A stretch of 64,000 nt of DNA from an uncultured Acidimicrobiia bacterium (lineage in GTDB: Bacteria; Actinomycetota; Acidimicrobiia; Acidimicrobiales; JACDCH01): positions 119,224-183,223 of the forward strand of contig CAVRIR010000006.1 in assembly GCA_963721305.1 (NCBI GenBank), written 5' to 3'. The notes under the pieces were generated by a model, which made no database searches, was not told the origin of the DNA, and saw nothing but the letters and a program-made list of their open reading frames with translations. Of the stretch, positions 59,548-64,000 are shown piece by piece. Numbering within the stretch: position 1 is the stretch's first letter; each line of letters opens with the position of its first letter. The translations under genes were made by a program, and so were the position numbers.

Positions 59548-61119
59548 TTACGAGGCTTCGCGTGGGTCCCGTGGGTGCGCGAACAAGTTCTCGGGTGGGG
59601 GTGGGAGTGCGTCGATCTCGATGTCGGTGTCCGGTTGATCGTCGTCGGCGCTCACGAGCGACGCGTCCTCTGGCGCTTGATGCTCGACGCGGTATCCGGT
59701 GAAGCCGAACACGATCGCGAGAATCGGATTGAGGAGGTTGAAGAACGCGAACGGCAGGTACTCGACGGTTGGCACGCCCAACACGCCGGTCATGTAAGCG
59801 CCGCAGCTGTTCCACGGCACCAACGGCGACGTGACCGTCCCGGTGTCCTCGACCGTGCGCGACAGCATGCGGGGCGCCAGACCCTGACGGGCGAACGCCT
59901 CCCGGTAGGCGCGGCTGGGCATCACGTCGGCCACGTACTGATCGCCGGCCACCACGTTCAACCCGATAGCGGTCAGACCGGCCGTAGCGATGAGCTGTCC
60001 ATCGGTGTGAGATCTGGCGACCAGTGGACGCAAGATCCACGCGAGGAAGCCCGCGTGTTCCATGATCGCGGCGAAACAGAGAGCGCCGAGGATCAGCCAC
60101 ACCGTTGTGAGCATGCTGGACATGCCGCCGCGCGAAAACAGGTCGTTGATGGTCGCGTTGCTGCTGTGGGCCACGTGACCACTGGCCATGGCCGAGAAGA
60201 CCGCCTCCACGCCGTTGAGAACCCGGCCCTGATCGGGCTTGCCGACGAACGCAGTCACGACATCGGGTTGGGTGAAGGACGCGAGGATGCCGCTGAACAG
60301 AGCGGTGCCGAGGATGGCAAGGAACGGCGGCACTCGCCGGATGGACAGCACGATCAGCAGCGCCAGCGGCAGGAGGTTGACCAGGCCGATGTTGTACACG
60401 GCAGCCAACGCATCGCGGGCGCTCGACGTATCGAGCGTCCCGACGGCGTCCCGGTGCGCGATACCGATGCCCAAGAAGATGAGAAACGCCACGGCGAACG
60501 ACGGCACCACGGTCGTCAACATCCCCCGGATGTGCTGGTTGACGGTGACGCCGCCGACGAGCTGGGGTACCAGCACGGTCGTCTCGGACAGCGGCGACAT
60601 CTTGTCGCCCATGTACGCGCCGGAGATAACGGCGCCCGCGGTGATCGGACTCGACAACCCGAGGATCGGAGCCATCCCCACGAACGCGACGCCGAGCGTG
60701 CCGGCCGTGGTCCAGGAGCTACCGGTCACCGCGCCGACCAGCGCGCAGATCAGCGCCACGCTGGCGAAGAAGATCACCGGCCGCAGCACCGCCAGCCCGT
60801 AGGAGACGATGGTGGGGATCGTTCCCGCCAGGTTCCACGTGCCGATCAGCGCGCCGACGGCGAGGAGGATGAAGATCGCTCCCATCGCCGAGCTGATGCC
60901 ACCGATGGCGGCCTCCTGGACTGCGGCAACCGTGTGGCCGTTCTTGAACGCCACCAGCGACGCGAACGCGGCGCTCAGGAACAGGGCCACCTGAAGGGGA
61001 CCGTCTGCCGCCGAAGTCCCGTAGAGGATCATCGTGAGCGCGAGCAGACTGATGAGGACGACGACCGGCGCGAGGGCGTCGAGCAGTGACGGCTCGCGCG
61101 GAGTCGCCTGTGTGGTCAT
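59548..61119 (-). CDS. NhaC-family (Na+/H+ antiporter-like) membrane transporter
   Basis: 523 aa with ~12 TM helices. '[19 protein letters not shown]', '[16 protein letters not shown]' and '[22 protein letters not shown]' are characteristic NhaC-family segments. It lies immediately upstream of arcA copy 2. Confidence 0.85.
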   Translation of the reverse strand: MTTQATPREPSLLDALAPVVVLISLLALTMILYGTSAADGPLQVALFLSAAFASLVAFKNGHTVAAVQEAAIGGISSAMGAIFILLAVGALIGTWNLAGTIPTIVSYGLAVLRPVIFFASVALICALVGAVTGSSWTTAGTLGVAFVGMAPILGLSSPITAGAVISGAYMGDKMSPLSETTVLVPQLVGGVTVNQHIRGMLTTVVPSFAVAFLIFLGIGIAHRDAVGTLDTSSARDALAAVYNIGLVNLLPLALLIVLSIRRVPPFLAILGTALFSGILASFTQPDVVTAFVGKPDQGRVLNGVEAVFSAMASGHVAHSSNATINDLFSRGGMSSMLTTVWLILGALCFAAIMEHAGFLAWILRPLVARSHTDGQLIATAGLTAIGLNVVAGDQYVADVMPSRAYREAFARQGLAPRMLSRTVEDTGTVTSPLVPWNSCGAYMTGVLGVPTVEYLPFAFFNLLNPILAIVFGFTGYRVEHQAPEDASLVSADDDQPDTDIEIDALPPPPENLFAHPRDPREAS

Positions 61120-61132
61120 CGATGTGTCCGCG

Positions 61133-62539
61133 TCACCGGTATTGCGGGACCGGTTCGGGCTCGGTCATGCGCGACCGCTGCCGCGCGTAGACGGGAATGC
61201 CGAGCAGGAGCGCACCACCTGCCAGGAAGAACGGCGCCCAGTAGACGAAGAAGCTGTTGCCGGTGTTTCGGGAGTACCAGATGAACAGGATCGAGAACAC
61301 GAGCGAGAGGACGGCAACGACGGTGTCGCGCACGAACCGGGGTGTGTGAAGCGCCTTGTGGTCCACCCAACGCCACTTGAGTTGGGCCAGCGCGGAGAAC
61401 GCATAAGGAATCGCGGCGGTGATGCCGGTCATCAACACGAGGGTGGTGAACACGGTGGCGCCGTTGGACCCGAGGTAGTTGATCGCCATGGCGATCGAGG
61501 CCAGCAGGGTCGAAGCCACGATCCCGAATGCCGGCACCCCCTTGGGCGAGATGCGCTTGAACTGCTCCGGGAACAAGCCGTCGTTCGCGGCAGCGAGGGG
61601 CATCTCCGCGCAGATCATCGTCCACCCGTTCAGCGCTCCGAACCCGGAGATGATGACGATGATCGCCATCACGTGACCCCAGACGGTGCCGCCGAACATG
61701 GTGTTCACGGCGTCCGAGAACGGTGCGGTGGCATTGACGAGATGCGACGCCGGCAGGATGCCGAACACCGCAGTGAGCGAAAGCATGTACACGACCGCGG
61801 TGGCCAGCGTGCCCAGGATCGTCGCGCGCGGGATGTTGCGGTCGGGGTCCTTCACCTTGCCGGCCGCTACTGCCGCTACCTCGACGCCGAGATAACTGAA
61901 CAAGGCGATGGCCATCCCGCCGCCGATGGCCGCGATCGCACTCTCGCCGCTCACGTTCCACGGCGAGAAGTTCGCGCTCTGTATGTAGAACAGACCAACG
62001 GTGGCCATGAACGCGAGCGCGATGAACTTCAACACCGTCGTCACGACCTGCACCGCGCCCATGTTCTTCACACCGGTCAGGTTGATCACCGCCGGAATCC
62101 ACAACCCGACCAGCACGAGCAGCACGGAGCCCAACCGGTTGTGACCCTTGTTGACGAACTCCTCGACGTACAGGACCCAGCCGACGGCAATGGCGGCGTT
62201 GCCGGCCCAGGCCGTGATCCAGTACGACCAGGCGTTCGCGAAGCCGAGAGGGTTGCCGAAGGCGACCCTCGAGTAGGCGTAGGGACCACCGTCGGCGGGG
62301 AGCCGTCGCGAGAGCGCGGCGAACAACAACGCCAAGGCGATTGCGCCGATGGTGGTGAGGCCCATGGACACGAGGGTGATGGGGCCGTACGAGGCGAGCG
62401 AGGTCGGCAGGTTGAAGATGCCGACCCCGATGATGCTGCCCATGATCAAAGCGATGGCGGTGGTGAGGCCGAAGTTGCGGCCGGCGTCGCGCGCGGGGGT
62501 GCCGGCGGTGGGTGCCGGTGGCTGAATTTCTGTGCTCAC
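61133..62539 (-). CDS. APC-superfamily amino acid permease (basic amino acid/polyamine antiporter-like)
   Basis: Motifs include 'GLTTAIALIMGSIIGVGIFNLPTSLASYGPI', 'DGGPYAYSRVAFG' and 'WSYWITAWAGNAAIA'. GTG 62539 (MSTEIQPP...) is preferred, with ATG 62602 as an alternative. The 528-aa ORF start at 62719 is unlikely. Confidence 0.8.
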   Translation of the reverse strand: MSTEIQPPAPTAGTPARDAGRNFGLTTAIALIMGSIIGVGIFNLPTSLASYGPITLVSMGLTTIGAIALALLFAALSRRLPADGGPYAYSRVAFGNPLGFANAWSYWITAWAGNAAIAVGWVLYVEEFVNKGHNRLGSVLLVLVGLWIPAVINLTGVKNMGAVQVVTTVLKFIALAFMATVGLFYIQSANFSPWNVSGESAIAAIGGGMAIALFSYLGVEVAAVAAGKVKDPDRNIPRATILGTLATAVVYMLSLTAVFGILPASHLVNATAPFSDAVNTMFGGTVWGHVMAIIVIISGFGALNGWTMICAEMPLAAANDGLFPEQFKRISPKGVPAFGIVASTLLASIAMAINYLGSNGATVFTTLVLMTGITAAIPYAFSALAQLKWRWVDHKALHTPRFVRDTVVAVLSLVFSILFIWYSRNTGNSFFVYWAPFFLAGGALLLGIPVYARQRSRMTEPEPVPQYR

Positions 62540-62748
62540 ATGTCGCCCCTTTTCGTCTTGCCGGAGCGAGATTACGTGGCGTCGCCGGCGCGAACGCGAC
62601 ATGCCACCTCGCTCTGAGCAAGGCGCGATTCCGACCCCGATCGCCACGCGTGGGTCCACGAATTCACGTATCCACCGTGCTTCACTCCGGATGGGTGACG
62701 ACCGATAGCCGGCGGCCACCGATCATGCACGTGAGACAGGGGTGACAG

Positions 62749-63921
62749 ATGCGACATGACCACCGCGGCCGTCGACGAGTGACAACCTTGGCCGGCATTC
62801 TGTTGGCCGCGTGCGCGCTCATCGCGGCCTGCAGCAGCGACAGCACGAACAAGGTGACAGCCGCCCAGACTCGCGTCACGCAGGCGGAGAAGGGTGTCAC
62901 GGACGCGCAGGCAGCCTTCGAGAAGGCGACGGCGCAGTTCTGCGGCGACACCAAGGACTACGTCCTCGCGCTCGACCGCTACGGGAAGGCCTTCGATCAA
63001 TCCGCCGCGACCGTCGGCGACATCAAGACCGTCGGCGCCGACCTCGAGAACCCCCGTGCGACCGTGGTGTCCAGCGCCGAAGCGGTCACACCAGCGCGCG
63101 ACAACCTCGCGAAGGCCAAGCAGGAGCTCGCCGACGCGCAGGCTGCCCTCGCCGCGGCGCAGGCGTCTGCGGCCAGTCAGACATTGCCGTCCACGACCGC
63201 GCCGAGCACCACGACGACCGCACCTCTCGTCCCGCCGGAGACCGTCGATCGCGTGAAGAAGGCAGAAGCCGATTTCACTGCCGCGACGCAAGGCGTGACT
63301 GACCAGACGCCATTGACGCAGGCCACCGTGCAGGTCAACTCGGCCGCGCTCGCGCTTCAGGTCGCGTGGCTGCAACTGTTCAACCAGGCCGGCTGCTTCA
63401 GCGACGAACAGCACCAGAAAGCGGCGACCGCGCTCCAGGACTACACCGCCTCACTCCAGACCGCGCTCCACACGACCGGTTTCTACAACGGCGAAATCGA
63501 CGGCGTCTACGGACCTTCCACCGCCGAAGCGGTCCAGCAGCTGCAGACGAAGCACGCCCTGCCGACAACCGGGTGGGTTGACCGCGCCACCGCAAATGCC
63601 CTCGATGCCGAACTGCTCGCCTCGGGCGGTGCCGCCGCCACGCAAGCGCTGACGCACACCGCCGCGGTGCAATCGACGCTCAAGCTCGCCGGCTACTGGA
63701 CCGGACCAGTCGATGGGCAATGGACGCCCGAGTTGACCACGGCACTGATGGACTTCCAGACCGCGCTCGGCGTACCTCCCACCGGATCGGTCGACGCCGC
63801 AACACTCGCGGCGTTGGAACAGGTGATCGCGAACGCGCAGTCGGCGGCGTCGACCACCACAACCTCCACGCCGCAGACATCGACGACAATCAACGAGACC
63901 ACCACCTCGCAGTCGAGCTGA
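62749..63921 (+). CDS. Lipoprotein with coiled-coil region and two peptidoglycan-binding (PG_binding_1-like) domains
   Basis: The signal/lipobox is 'RRRVTTLAGILLAACALIAAC'. An Ala/Gln-rich helical region follows. The two PG-binding repeats are 'LQTALHTTGFYNGEIDGVYGPSTAEAVQQLQTKHALPTTGWVD' and 'VQSTLKLAGYWTGPVDGQWTPELTTALMDFQTALGVPPTGSVD'. A Thr/Ser-rich tail closes the protein. Confidence 0.75.
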   Translation: MRHDHRGRRRVTTLAGILLAACALIAACSSDSTNKVTAAQTRVTQAEKGVTDAQAAFEKATAQFCGDTKDYVLALDRYGKAFDQSAATVGDIKTVGADLENPRATVVSSAEAVTPARDNLAKAKQELADAQAALAAAQASAASQTLPSTTAPSTTTTAPLVPPETVDRVKKAEADFTAATQGVTDQTPLTQATVQVNSAALALQVAWLQLFNQAGCFSDEQHQKAATALQDYTASLQTALHTTGFYNGEIDGVYGPSTAEAVQQLQTKHALPTTGWVDRATANALDAELLASGGAAATQALTHTAAVQSTLKLAGYWTGPVDGQWTPELTTALMDFQTALGVPPTGSVDAATLAALEQVIANAQSAASTTTTSTPQTSTTINETTTSQSS

Positions 63922-64000
63922 AGGTCGCGATCACTGCCCGAGGCGATCCACACTCGACCTTCATCGGGACAACACCCTTGACGACGGTTTGAGCCGTCAT

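Noticed and set aside
61133-62719. Full 528-aa version of the APC permease ORF
   Set aside because: The first 60 codons ('MAAGYRSSPIRSEARWIREFVDPRVAIG...') are not permease-like and extend toward the divergent lipoprotein gene promoter. Starts at GTG 62539 or ATG 62602 give a normal N-terminus before TM1.

Overview
This is a GC-rich chromosomal segment with strong G/C at third codon positions and actinobacterium-like gene content. I count about 55 loci. No rRNA, tRNA, CRISPR array or intact mobile element was recognised.

- **0-26 kb:** mixed accessory metabolism and regulation. It holds a peroxiredoxin-like protein, a tandem muconolactone-isomerase-like protein, a PRC-barrel protein, GH15, an SDR, a MOSC-reductase, TetR+MFS, ArsR+2xSRPBCC, a secreted beta-helix protein, a ROK kinase, an RCC1/FN3 lipoprotein, ChrA, an LLM oxidoreductase and an ABC-2 exporter.
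- **26-38 kb:** an AtuA-like/DUF4387 pair, an all-in-one ECF-transporter fusion, corA, an arginine deiminase (ADI) cluster (arcC-arcA plus a 14-codon arcB stub), mgtA and a USP.
- **38-52 kb:** an L,D-transpeptidase, a lipoprotein and a ~12.7-kb secreted surface-protein gene. That gene is built from 34 tandem ~330-350-nt Ig-like (DUF11 / 'conserved repeat') units, and its reading frame is broken dozens of times.
- **52-64 kb:** a Ca-type P-ATPase with 2 frameshifts, arcB, an arcC 3' remnant, yggT/thrE-like genes, a second arcA with NhaC-type and APC-type transporters, and a PG-binding lipoprotein.

The most notable observations are:
- the broken giant repeat gene, including an identical 1-nt insertion shared by two neighbouring units;
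- reciprocal decay of two ADI clusters;
- a head-to-head truncation scar near 26.1 kb;
- a high overall load of broken genes, about 10 of ~55 loci frameshifted or truncated.

The frameshifts could be assembly error or genuine gene decay, and I cannot decide between these without reads. All family calls rest on motif recognition by eye; no searches were run.
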